Below, in pieces: positions 1 through 9,337 of a stretch of DNA of 64,000 nucleotides. This stretch comes from Phormidesmis sp. GTDB taxonomy: Bacteria > Cyanobacteriota > Cyanobacteriia > Leptolyngbyales > Leptolyngbyaceae. The notes below the pieces were generated by a model that did not search any database, had not been told where the DNA came from, and worked only from the letters and a program-made list of their open reading frames with translations. Location: the NCBI GenBank assembly GCA_965248535.1, contig CBDFJR010000005.1, positions 256,001 through 320,000 on the forward strand, read 5' to 3'. How positions within the stretch are numbered: position 1 is the first letter of the stretch; each line of letters begins with the position of its first letter. A program made the position numbers and the translations under genes.

Positions 1-1311
1 TCGATCGCTCCTCCTAAAGAGCCTTCTGAGCCTGTGTCGGAGGGTCTTTCGGTTGAGTCAGTCAACCAATTTTTAGAGACCTTAGAAGAGGTCAAACAAG
101 ATTTAGAAACCGCGATCGCCGATCCCGAACCCATTGCAGAACCCGCGATCGCCGCCGCGATTCCCGATCAAACGGTTCCGCTTCCTTTTTGGGCGGAGTC
201 TGAAGCCGATCGAGACGCTCGTCTAGAACGACTGAGAGCCACAGCGATCGCTGAAGAAGCCCTCGCCGTTCAGTTGCCCAGCGTGCTCGAAGCAGCCCCT
301 GCGTTTGCTCTGGATGAAGGGTTTCTCTGGTCTACCGAAGTTTTGGCGGCCCAAGGTCGCCGGGCCGAAGACATCACCCTCGAAGAAATCACATGGCTCA
401 AACGCTTAAGACAGGGACTAGACAAAACCCGCCGAGGATTGATCAATCAACTCAAAGCGATCGTGGGTCAAGGCCCGCTCAATCAAGATGCGGTGACTGA
501 GATCGAGTCCCTACTGCTGCAAGCCGATGCGGGCGTGGAAGCCACCGACAAGATTATTTCTGCCCTGCAAGCAAAACTGCGCGAAGAAGTGCTGCCGCCA
601 GAGCAAGCAATCGCTTATCTCAAAAAAATTCTGCGCGAACTGCTCGACAGCCCGCTTCAGGCTCACAACCCGGTGTTTGTGCCTGAGAAAGATGTGCTCA
701 ACATTTGGCTGATCACAGGGGTAAATGGGGCCGGCAAGACGACCACGATCGGAAAACTCTCCCACATCGCTCAAAAGTCTGGCTATCGCTGCTTAATCGC
801 TGCCGCCGACACCTTTCGCGCTGCCGCTGTTGAGCAGGTGAAAGTCTGGGGTGAGCGCAGCGGAGTGGAGGTGATCGCCAACCCCGGACAAAACACCGAC
901 CCCGCTGCCGTTGTGTTTGATGGCATTGCTGCCGCCCAGTCACGCGGCACTGAGTTGCTGCTTGTAGACACCGCCGGGCGACTGCAAAACAAAAAAAACC
1001 TGATGGATGAACTCAGCAAGATTCGTCGCATCATTGACAAAAAAGCGGGCAACGCCAGAGTTGAGTCTCTGCTAGTTTTAGATGCCACCCTGGGTCAAAA
1101 CGGTTTGAGACAGGCACGAGTTTTCTCAGAAGCGGCTCAACTCAGTGGAGTGGTGCTCACAAAGCTTGATGGCACAGCTAAAGGCGGCGTGGCGCTGGCC
1201 GTGGTGGAAGAATTGGGTCTGCCCATCCGATTTATTGGAGCCGGAGAGGGCATTGAAGATCTGCGCCCTTTTTCTAGCTATGAGTTTGTCGAAGCTTTAA
1301 TCAGTGGCTAG
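1..1311 (+). CDS. ftsY: Signal recognition particle-docking protein FtsY (5' partial; frame open from base 1)
   Basis: GVNGAGKTTT P-loop, DTFRAAA, DTAGR and TKLDGTAKGG SRP-GTPase motifs; acidic N-terminal region; no stop in frame upstream of 34. Confidence 0.96.
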   Translation, partial: SIAPPKEPSEPVSEGLSVESVNQFLETLEEVKQDLETAIADPEPIAEPAIAAAIPDQTVPLPFWAESEADRDARLERLRATAIAEEALAVQLPSVLEAAPAFALDEGFLWSTEVLAAQGRRAEDITLEEITWLKRLRQGLDKTRRGLINQLKAIVGQGPLNQDAVTEIESLLLQADAGVEATDKIISALQAKLREEVLPPEQAIAYLKKILRELLDSPLQAHNPVFVPEKDVLNIWLITGVNGAGKTTTIGKLSHIAQKSGYRCLIAAADTFRAAAVEQVKVWGERSGVEVIANPGQNTDPAAVVFDGIAAAQSRGTELLLVDTAGRLQNKKNLMDELSKIRRIIDKKAGNARVESLLVLDATLGQNGLRQARVFSEAAQLSGVVLTKLDGTAKGGVALAVVEELGLPIRFIGAGEGIEDLRPFSSYEFVEALISG

Positions 1312-1728
1312 CTAAATTGGCCTAAATTTCAGATTCATGTTCGGTCTCGCCTAGTTGAGACTACAATTGCCTGAAATTACTCAGATGGTCTGGGTTAGAG
1401 CAGGCTAAGGTGTGAGCGATCACCGATTAGCGCCTTCGCATTGCAATCTCAATTCACAAAAACCCTGAGTGTCCAGCAGGTTGTCTCTCGAAATCGCCGT
1501 TTTGATCAGGGGCAGATTCTCTAGATCACAACCTCCATAGAAATCGGCAGTCTAAACTCTGTTTGGACTCGTCAACTTCGCCAAACTCTCATGAAAATAG
1601 ATGTTATGCTTTGCAACTCATTCGTTAATATTGATGTTCACAACTGAGTGACGATTAACCCTTGACCCAGTGATTCACAGTTGACTTATATTCTCTAGCA
1701 CGGATATTGAAATCCCTTATCTGCCCTA

Positions 1729-3148
1729 ATGACTGCTGTGCCCCTTCCTAGACAGCCCTCTCAACCGCCCGATCGTGGTGCCTCAGACGTAACGCCAGTG
1801 TTTGCCCTTAAGGAACTGGTGGCACGGCTGAATCGTGAGCAGCACAAAATTCAAGATCTGTTGAGTTCGCTAGGGTTTGCGCTTCGCAGTTTTAACAATC
1901 TTAATCAGTTTCTAGAGTTGATTCCGCTGATGGCAAGCCGGGTCACCGATGCTGATGGCGGAGCGCTGATTATGTTTCGCCCCAATGGGCAAGTCAAGTT
2001 AGAGCGCCTGCATTGTCAAGACAATCACTGGGGTCAAGAGATTCGTAAATCGTTAGAAGCGGCGATGAGACAGGTGACGGCCTCGTTTGCAGGGGTGCCT
2101 CCTTCGGAAGGTTTGACCAAATCGCCTCAAGCGATCGCCAAACTCGATCATCAGGTCAGCCGTTTTCTTAGGATCAGACATCCAAATTTTTGGCACGGCA
2201 ATTCTGGTCAGAAACATTGAGCGCGGTCGGCTCTATGTGTTTAGCCGCGACCCCGACTATACGTGGACAGAGACTCGTCAAAAATTAGTCCGACTAGTGG
2301 CGGATCAGACGGCGGTGGCGATCGAGAATGATGAGCTAACCGTTGAGCTTCGCAAAAAAGAGCGGCTCGATCGTGAGTTAGAAATCGGAGCCGACATTCA
2401 GTTGCGCCTGTTGCCCCGACATTGCCCCAAGATTGAAGGGGTAGAACTGGCGGCGCTGTGTAAAACGGCCAACCGAGTGGGCGGTGACTACTATGACTTT
2501 ATTCCCGCCGATTATGGACAGATTCGTAAGCCAGATAGCGAAAATGAGTCGGGGCGGTGGAGTCTGACGATCGGGGATGTCATGGGCAAAGGCGTTCCGG
2601 CGGGTCTGATTATGACGATGACGCGGGGAATGCTGCGCGCAGAAGTCTTAAACGGGCACTCTCCGGCGCGAATTTTGCAGCACCTCAATCAAGTTATGTA
2701 TGCCGATTTAGAAAACTCTAATCGGTTTGTGACGCTGTTTTATTCGGAATATGATCCCAAAACTCGCATTTTGTCCTACAGCAACGCGGCCCACAATCCG
2801 CCTTTGCTGTGGCAGGCTGGCACCAACACGATCGAGCGTTTAGACACGTTGGGGATGTTGATCGGCTTGGATGCTGAAACGGAGTACCAAGACGCTCAGG
2901 TGCAGCTATCTCCGGGCGACACCATCATCTATTACACCGATGGCTTTACTGACGCGGCAAACCAGCACGGGCGACGATTTGACGAAGAAAACTTGACCAA
3001 AGCTTTTCAGCTAGCGTGCCGGAGCTATGACGACCCGCAGATGATCCTAAAGTATTTATTTGAGTGTGTGCAAAAGTTTATCGGAGTCGGCACCCACAAC
3101 GCCGATGATATGACGCTCGTCGTGATGCGGATCTCAGGTAAGCCATAG
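1729..3148 (+). pseudogene. GAF-domain PP2C/SpoIIE (RsbU-like) phosphatase split by a +1 frameshift at about 2163-2166 (possible sequencing error)
   Basis: Removing one T from the T4 run joins ORFs 1729..2220 and 2237..3148 into 472 aa (..SRFLGSDIQIFGTAILVRNIERGRLYVFSRDPD..); VGGDYYD, GDVMGKG, YTDG and DDMT PP2C motifs. Confidence 0.85.
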
Positions 3149-3204
3149 AACTCTATCAAACGAGCTAGTCTCGACGGCCTTCTAGCGATCGCCCCCAAGT
3201 AAAA

Positions 3205-3258
3205 CCAAAGTCTGCGTAAGGGCATGACCCCGGCAGAGCCAAAGTCCGCGTAAGGGCA
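3205..3258 (+). repeat. 20-bp direct repeat pair overlapping the start of a REP-like palindrome
   Basis: ccaaagtctgcgtaagggca at 3205-3224 and ccaaagtccgcgtaagggca at 3239-3258 (1 mismatch). Confidence 0.8.
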
Positions 3259-3274
3259 CGGCACTGCCGTGCCC
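3250..3274. repeat. REP-like palindrome, copy 1
   Basis: gtaa-gggcacggca-c-tgccgtgccc; perfect 10-bp stem. Confidence 0.85.
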
Positions 3275-3334
3275 ACCCCCTATGCGATGCCCCAGGGAAT
3301 TTAATCTACGATCCTTTAATCACGATCGCACCGC

Positions 3335-3430
3335 TTAAATCAGCTTGATCGCACGGAAACTAAAGAACAGTGCCAGAGCTAACCCGAAAGCACCACCCAC
3401 GAGGGCTAAATAAGCGATCACTGCTGACAT
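3335..3430 (-). CDS. petL: Cytochrome b6f subunit PetL (31 aa)
   Basis: Translated by hand: MSAVIAYLALVGGAFGLALALFFSFRAIKLI; single TM helix ending in IKLI as in PetL; GGAG RBS upstream; divergent from aroB. Confidence 0.88.
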   Translation of the reverse strand: MSAVIAYLALVGGAFGLALALFFSFRAIKLI

Positions 3431-3564
3431 AGCGGCATACTCCAAATAAATCCTATCTCTAACTATACGGAACTATTGAGCCAGAAAGAAAGAATCGCGT
3501 CGGACAATCAGCACCCGCGCCAATTCAGATAAGATGAACCGTAAGGTTTTTTGCGTTCTCTATC

Positions 3565-4668
3565 ATGCAGTCTGTTATTCCGGTTTCGTTGCCTCAAAAT
3601 GCCTATGCGATCGCCATCACTCCGGGCAGTCTCGATCACATCGGCGCATGGATCACCGGAGAAACGCCCACGCTTAAACCTGACAGCAAGATTCTCGTCG
3701 TCTCAAATCCGCTCATTTTTCGGGCTTATGGGCAGCGAGTCATCGATTCGCTAACTCAAGCAGGGTTTGAAGTCACGTCCTGCATTTTGCCTGCCGGAGA
3801 GCGCTATAAAACGCCTGCAACGGTGCAAAAGATCTATGATGCGGCGCTAGAAAGTCGCCTAGAGCGATCGTCCACTTTAATAGCCCTGGGCGGCGGCGTA
3901 ATTGGCGACATGACCGGGTTTGCCGCCGCCACTTGGCTCCGAGGAATTAATGTCATTCAGGTGCCAACAACCTTATTAGCAATGGTGGATGCGGCGATCG
4001 GGGGCAAAACTGGAGTCAATCATCCTAGAGGCAAAAACTTAATTGGTGCCTTTCATCAGCCTCGATTTGTGTTAATCGATCCGCAAGTGCTCAAAACCCT
4101 GCCCATGCGAGAGTTTCGCGCCGGAATGGCCGAAGTGATCAAATACGGCATCATTTGGGACGCGGAGCTATTCGAGAAAATGGAACAAGCAAAACGATTG
4201 GATCAACTGCGATACATCAGTGACGAATTGCTGCAAGAGATTTTGACCCGATCGTGTCAAGCAAAAGCCCACGTCGTCAGCAAAGACGAAAAAGAAGCCG
4301 GACTGCGCGAGATTCTCAACTATGGCCACACGATCGGGCACGCGGTTGAGAGTCTCACAGGCTATCGCGTTGTCAATCACGGCGAAGGGGTGGCGATCGG
4401 CATGGTCGCAGCCGGACAAATCGCTGTTGAAATGGGACTGTGGAATCAAGAAAGCTGCGATCGTCAACTCGCTCTGATCGAGAAAGCAGGTCTGCCGATC
4501 CGTCTACCGGATGGGATGGACATTGAAGCCATTCTCACTGCGCTGCAACGTGACAAAAAAGTTCAGTCTGGCAAAGTGCGATTTGTGTTGCCGACCGCGA
4601 TCGGAACCGCAATCACCACGGATCAAGTAACCTCCGATATTATTCAGAATGTGCTGCAAAAAATGTAA
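3565..4668 (+). CDS. aroB: 3-dehydroquinate synthase
   Basis: [26 protein letters not shown] and [12 protein letters not shown] motifs. Confidence 0.97.
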   Translation: MQSVIPVSLPQNAYAIAITPGSLDHIGAWITGETPTLKPDSKILVVSNPLIFRAYGQRVIDSLTQAGFEVTSCILPAGERYKTPATVQKIYDAALESRLERSSTLIALGGGVIGDMTGFAAATWLRGINVIQVPTTLLAMVDAAIGGKTGVNHPRGKNLIGAFHQPRFVLIDPQVLKTLPMREFRAGMAEVIKYGIIWDAELFEKMEQAKRLDQLRYISDELLQEILTRSCQAKAHVVSKDEKEAGLREILNYGHTIGHAVESLTGYRVVNHGEGVAIGMVAAGQIAVEMGLWNQESCDRQLALIEKAGLPIRLPDGMDIEAILTALQRDKKVQSGKVRFVLPTAIGTAITTDQVTSDIIQNVLQKM

Positions 4669-4721
4669 TACAAATAGTCTGTTAAGGTTGAAACAACGGT
4701 TTCTCTGGAGCCTCCGTCATC

Positions 4722-5405
4722 ATGATCTCCCAAACAAAAGCCGAAATTATTTACCCGGAACGCGATGGACAACCGATGGCTGATAACACCAAACAGTTTG
4801 GCTGGATTGTCACGATTAAAGAAAACTTAGAAGCGCTGTTTGCCGACAATCCCCAGGTTTTTGTGGCGGGTGATCTGTTGTGGTATCCCGTCGAAGGCAG
4901 CAACACGATTCGGCAAGCCCCCGACGCGATGGTTGCGTTTGGACGACCCAAGGGCGATCGTGGCTCTTATCAACAGTGGCTAGAAAATGACATTCCGCCG
5001 CAGGTCGTGTTTGAGATTTTGTCCCCCGGCAACCGATTGGCAGAAACCGCCAGAAAATATAAATTCTATAACCAGTATGGCGTTGAAGAATATTATGTCT
5101 ACGACCCAGACGACAACGAACTGATCGGATGGCAGCGATCGGACAGCTATTTAGACGTGATTGAGAATATGTCTGGTTGGGTGAGTCCTCGCTTGCAGAT
5201 TCGGTTTGAGATTACGGGGGACACGATGGAAATTTATCGCCCTGACGGAGAGCGATTTCTGACCTTCACAGAGTTGGGACAGTTGAGAGATCAAGAACGC
5301 CAACGGGCCGATCAAGAACGCCAACGGGCCGATCAAGAACAGTCACGGGCCGATCGACTAGCAGAACGGTTACGAGAGATGGGTATTAACCCTGAAGAAG
5401 TGTGA
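4722..5405 (+). CDS. Uma2 (DUF820) family putative endonuclease with C-terminal QERQRAD repeats
   Basis: YPERDGQPMADNT, APD, PQVVFEILSPGN and YGVEEYYVYDP motifs. Confidence 0.92.
   Translation: MISQTKAEIIYPERDGQPMADNTKQFGWIVTIKENLEALFADNPQVFVAGDLLWYPVEGSNTIRQAPDAMVAFGRPKGDRGSYQQWLENDIPPQVVFEILSPGNRLAETARKYKFYNQYGVEEYYVYDPDDNELIGWQRSDSYLDVIENMSGWVSPRLQIRFEITGDTMEIYRPDGERFLTFTELGQLRDQERQRADQERQRADQEQSRADRLAERLREMGINPEEV
5289..5351 (+). repeat. Three tandem 21-bp coding repeats (coiled-coil tail of Uma2)
   Basis: gatcaagaacgccaacgggcc x2 plus gatcaagaacagtcacgggcc. Confidence 0.9.
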
Positions 5406-5413
5406 TTAGTCGT

Positions 5414-6250
5414 TCAGATTTTCTGGGCAACTTGAAACGCTGATAGGTAACTAACCTGAACACCTTCACCTAATTTCTCTAGCACTTCTCGCAGACTGAT
5501 GAACACAGCTTCTCGCTGAGAGGGGTCTAGCCTTCTATAGGGTGAGAAGGTGTTTAAGAGCATCAAATAATCAGCGATCGAGTAAGTCATTTCACAAAGC
5601 AACTGCTCAGACACGGCAGGCTCAAACAGTCCTGAGTCGGTGACATCCTGCGTCAGCCCTTGCAGCAGCCGCTCTTGAGTGGCTTGATCTTCTGGTTGTG
5701 AAACCAGAGACGGAGCCTGGGATCGATAAACTTCATTTAGCGCTTGATGAACCTCTAGGGGAAGTTGAGGCGACATGTTCCACAGCAAGATTAGAAAGCC
5801 ATTCTCTTTCAATGCGGCTGCTGCTTTTTGGCACCTAATTTCGGGCGGAACCCAGTGCCAGGCGTTGGCAGCTAAAACGGCGTTAAAGCGCTCAGGCTCT
5901 AGTGGCCACTCCTCAAACAAACTATTGACGATCGCCACCCTTGGATAGGCTGCACAATTTTGTCGCGCCCACTCACAAGCGGCGGCACTGGGTTCTAAAC
6001 ACACCATCGAGAAGCCCGATCGGGCAAAGGGAACCGTCGCAATTCCGGGGCCGCATCCCAATTCAAGAATGGTGGCGTTGGGAGGCAGTTGGGCGAGAGC
6101 GATCGCCCGGTCAATCAGACTCTGCGAATAGCGAGGTCTGACTTTGTTGTAGTCGTCTGCAACATCGCTATACCAATCCTTACGCTGATCTGAACTGTAG
6201 GTTGCAGCAACCTGGGTATACCAGTTTTTAGCTCGCTCTGAATCGTTCAT
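5414..6250 (-). CDS. Class I SAM-dependent methyltransferase
   Basis: ILELGCGPGIAT motif I and RPRYS N-terminal motif; start moved to ATG 6250 because the longer ORF runs through a REP palindrome. Confidence 0.88.
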   Translation of the reverse strand: MNDSERAKNWYTQVAATYSSDQRKDWYSDVADDYNKVRPRYSQSLIDRAIALAQLPPNATILELGCGPGIATVPFARSGFSMVCLEPSAAACEWARQNCAAYPRVAIVNSLFEEWPLEPERFNAVLAANAWHWVPPEIRCQKAAAALKENGFLILLWNMSPQLPLEVHQALNEVYRSQAPSLVSQPEDQATQERLLQGLTQDVTDSGLFEPAVSEQLLCEMTYSIADYLMLLNTFSPYRRLDPSQREAVFISLREVLEKLGEGVQVSYLSAFQVAQKI

Positions 6251-6301
6251 GACTCGCCCCGAAAACCAATACCTACAAATCAACTTAAGACGCAGATCCA
6301 C

Positions 6302-6326
6302 GTACGGGCATGGCACTGCCGTGCCC
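6302..6326. repeat. REP-like palindrome, copy 2
   Basis: gtac-gggcatggca-c-tgccgtgccc. Confidence 0.85.
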
Positions 6327-6371
6327 ACCAACCTTGCCAACAATCAACATTATCCAATCACAATCTTAAAC

Positions 6372-7328
6372 TTATTCTTCGACTCGATAGCCCAACTCAG
6401 CCAGACGAGTGCGAGACTGTCGCCACTTGGGTTGAACTTTCACAAATAATTCTAAATAAACCTTGCCATCGATCAGTTTTTGCATCTGCTGACGCGCCGC
6501 CGTGCCGATTTCTTGAAGCATCGATCCACCTTTGCCGATGACAATGCCCTTTTGAGACGGACGCTCGACAAACACCGTTGCCCAAACGCGAGTGATCGTG
6601 TCTTCTTCCTGCACTCGCTCAATGCCGATCGCCACCGAGTGCGGCACTTCTTCACGAGTCAACAGCAAAATTTGCTCTCGAATCAACTCGCCCATGATGA
6701 AGCGTTCTGGCTGGTCGGTTACCAAATCGGGCGGATAGTAGTAAGGGCCCGGCTCTAAGTTTTGAATCAAGCTCTGCTGCAAAGAGCCTAAACCGTCTTC
6801 TGTGAGGGCAGAAAATTTAGCGACTGTCCAGTGATGTTCGGTTGCCAGGGCGCGATAGCTGTTGTCTAAAAATAAATCGTCTTCAGATTGCTGATCGGCT
6901 TTGTTGAGTCCCAAAATAATTGGGATGTCAATCTCTTTGAGCAGGTCGGCAATGTAGCGATCGCCCCCACCCAACTCGACTGAGCAATCCACCATAAACA
7001 GCAGCACATCGACAGAGTGAATGGCAATTTGAGCATTTTTGACCAAGACATTGCCCAATTCATGATGGGGTTTGTGAATTCCGGGGGTGTCAACAAAAAT
7101 GATCTGCGCCTCTGGCGTGGTCAAAATTCCGCGGAGTCGATTGCGGGTGGTCTGTGCAACAGGTGACGTGATGGCGATCTTCTGCCCCACGAGGTCATTC
7201 ATCAGCGTAGACTTGCCCACGTTGGGACGACCGATAATGCCTACAAAGCCAGATCTAAACCCCGGCGGTGAACCCGGAATTGTGTTGAAACTTTCCTGCT
7301 TAGAGATTATGTCATCGTTTTCAGACAT
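6372..7328 (-). CDS. era: GTPase Era
   Basis: GRPNVGKSTL, QTTR, DTPG and NKAD motifs; KH domain VIGKGG; probable start MSEND at 7328. Confidence 0.97.
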   Translation of the reverse strand: MSENDDIISKQESFNTIPGSPPGFRSGFVGIIGRPNVGKSTLMNDLVGQKIAITSPVAQTTRNRLRGILTTPEAQIIFVDTPGIHKPHHELGNVLVKNAQIAIHSVDVLLFMVDCSVELGGGDRYIADLLKEIDIPIILGLNKADQQSEDDLFLDNSYRALATEHHWTVAKFSALTEDGLGSLQQSLIQNLEPGPYYYPPDLVTDQPERFIMGELIREQILLLTREEVPHSVAIGIERVQEEDTITRVWATVFVERPSQKGIVIGKGGSMLQEIGTAARQQMQKLIDGKVYLELFVKVQPKWRQSRTRLAELGYRVEE

Positions 7329-7496
7329 TGTTGAACCAACTAGGTTATTTTGGATACCGTTCAAAAAAATTGCCTCAGAAGTCGATAACGTCAGGCTGAA
7401 ACTATGTGAGCGGTGAACAGCGATGAAACTGCCAGTTGAGTGACAGCTTATTGTACAAAGATAGAGCGGTGTGTTGCGCTTCTACAGAAATCTCTT

Positions 7497-8171
7497 ATGA
7501 CTTTGATGTTGACCAATGACGATGGAATTGATGCTCCTGGCATTCGGGCATTGCTTAAGGCAGTGAACGGCGAAGGCGTGATTGTGGCACCTCGCGATCA
7601 TCAGTCGGGCTGTGGTCATCAGGTGACGACGACCAACCCGATTCGGTTAGAGCGGCGATCGCTGCGTGAATTCTCGATCGCGGGAACCCCCGCCGACTGT
7701 GTGCGAATTGCCCTAACTCATCTCTGTGAAAATGCCAGTTTGGTGCTCTCTGGCATCAATGCCGGGGGCAATATGGGCGCAGATGTCTACATTTCTGGAA
7801 CCGTGGCTGCTGTCAGAGAAGCTGCCTTTCATCGCATTCCGGGGGTGGCAATTTCTCAATATAAAAAAGGAAAGACCCCGATCGATTGGGATTTATCGGC
7901 GTTTTGGACGGCCAAAGTTTTGGCAGAATTGCGCGATCGACCTTATAAACCAGGGACTTTTTGGAATGTCAATTTGCCTTATTTAGACGAAGGAATGGCT
8001 CCTACGATCGTGTTCTGCAACCCTTGCACTCAGCCATTGCCCTGTGATTTTCGGCTTGAGGATCATGACTTTTACTACTGTGGCGACTATGCCAAACGCA
8101 AGCGCGACAATGGTTCAGACGTAGATGTTTGTCTGTCAGGCAGCATCGCGATTACAGAACTGACGGTTTAG
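7497..8171 (+). CDS. surE: 5'/3'-nucleotidase SurE
   Basis: LTNDDGIDAPG, GTPADCV, SGINAGGN and SGTV motifs; probable start ATG 7497. Confidence 0.93.
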   Translation: MTLMLTNDDGIDAPGIRALLKAVNGEGVIVAPRDHQSGCGHQVTTTNPIRLERRSLREFSIAGTPADCVRIALTHLCENASLVLSGINAGGNMGADVYISGTVAAVREAAFHRIPGVAISQYKKGKTPIDWDLSAFWTAKVLAELRDRPYKPGTFWNVNLPYLDEGMAPTIVFCNPCTQPLPCDFRLEDHDFYYCGDYAKRKRDNGSDVDVCLSGSIAITELTV

Positions 8172-8178
8172 GATTCAA

Positions 8179-8244
8179 AAAACTCGGCGGTTTGCGCCAC
8201 CATATAAGTCAGATGATGAATTCTTGGTTAAACCTCCGAGTTTT
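8179..8244. terminator. Inverted repeat, likely terminator between convergent surE and PRC-barrel genes
   Basis: aaaactcggcggttt (8179-8193) pairs with aaacctccgagtttt (8230-8244), 1 mismatch. Confidence 0.5.
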
Positions 8245-8290
8245 GCATTAAGTCAGATGATGAATTCTTGGTTAAACCTCCGAGTTTTGC
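8205..8290. repeat. Tandem duplication: two identical 42-bp units with 44-bp period
   Basis: taagtcagatgatgaattcttggttaaacctccgagttttgc at 8205-8246 and 8249-8290. Confidence 0.95.
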
Positions 8291-8302
8291 GTAAATTTGG
8301 TC

Positions 8303-9295
8303 TCAATAGCCTTCTTCTTCGTATTCTGGCTGTTTGACTTTTTCAGGAATCTTCAGTTCTTGGGGCGTATAGGGTTCTTTGTTTTCGTCTTGCCAGGGAT
8401 CTTCTTCTGGGTCGTCAAATTTGGCTTCAGGTTCTTTTACCTCTTCAAACTCAGCCTCGGTGACATAATCGTCTTCATCGTCGTAGTCTTCGTCATAGTC
8501 TTCTTCTTCGTAGCGATCGCGCTCGGTGGCCGCGCTCCAGTTGTCGTCTTCTTCTTCCGTGTCGTAATAGAGTTCGGCTTGACGCAGCGGAGCCTCTTGA
8601 CGCAACGGCAACGGTTCGGGTTCGCCCCAGTTGTCTTCGTTCCAGGTTTCCTCAACGGGTTGCCGCACCTGAGTTTGCATCGGAGTCCGAACGCCGGAGG
8701 GCAACTGATTTTCCGTGCGAATGGGAGCGAGATAGGTCTCTGTCTCGTCGCGCTCCCAGGGCGGTTTGCCAATACCTAACCGTTCTAGGATGCCAACGCT
8801 GACCTGGCTCATCCGCTCTTCGGCTCCTTCGTAGACGATTAAGCGATCGGGCCCACTGCTGACAATTTCATCGATCGGAAGCTCATAGGTGCTGACAATC
8901 TGATCGGGGATCAGGGGTAGCCCGATCGAGGCAACGGTCAGCGTGTCTACTTTGCCACTGTCAATATTGAGCCGAAACCCCCGGACTTTGCCCAGCAGTT
9001 CGCCCGTCTCAGTGATCACTTCAGAATTAATCAGACTGCTGTAACCATCCAGATCTACGTCTTCAATGGCGTTTTCATCATCGACCAAAATCACGTCGCC
9101 AATTTGCCGAATGCTCGACAGCATCATCGGTTGCGGGGTGCCATAGAAGAGATTGGGGCGAATGCTCAGGGCGACGACTTCTTGGCGATCGACCTCCACC
9201 CACAGTTGGCTCACCACGCCCAATCGTTTGCCTGTGGTGCGAGTGATGACCTGTGTGCCCAGGAGATCGGAGCGTTGGCGAAATTCTTCTGTCAT
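8303..9295 (-). CDS. PRC-barrel domain protein with acidic C-terminal tail
   Basis: Two PRC-barrel-like repeats (LLGTQVITRTTGKRLGVV; LINSEVITETGELLGKV); D/E-rich tail; downstream of smc as commonly seen in cyanobacteria. Confidence 0.85.
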   Translation of the reverse strand: MTEEFRQRSDLLGTQVITRTTGKRLGVVSQLWVEVDRQEVVALSIRPNLFYGTPQPMMLSSIRQIGDVILVDDENAIEDVDLDGYSSLINSEVITETGELLGKVRGFRLNIDSGKVDTLTVASIGLPLIPDQIVSTYELPIDEIVSSGPDRLIVYEGAEERMSQVSVGILERLGIGKPPWERDETETYLAPIRTENQLPSGVRTPMQTQVRQPVEETWNEDNWGEPEPLPLRQEAPLRQAELYYDTEEEDDNWSAATERDRYEEEDYDEDYDDEDDYVTEAEFEEVKEPEAKFDDPEEDPWQDENKEPYTPQELKIPEKVKQPEYEEEGY

Positions 9296-9337
9296 TGGGT
9301 CCCGAATCCTATTCGTGCAAATGCTGTCAATATCAAA

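Noticed and set aside
3205..3258. 20-bp direct repeats as CRISPR or att sites
   Set aside because: Two copies with a 14-nt gap, part of a partial REP duplication; no integrase nearby
6251..6343. N-terminal extension MLARLVGTAVPCPY of the methyltransferase, and ORF 3025..3276
   Set aside because: Both translate the same REP palindrome (GTAVPCPY); artefacts of the repeat
8205..8290. Possible mini CRISPR array
   Set aside because: Only two units separated by 2 nt, so no spacer, and no cas genes or leader; this is a simple tandem duplication
8297..8779. 160-aa Phe/Val-rich plus-strand ORF
   Set aside because: Antisense shadow of the D/E-rich tail of the PRC-barrel gene
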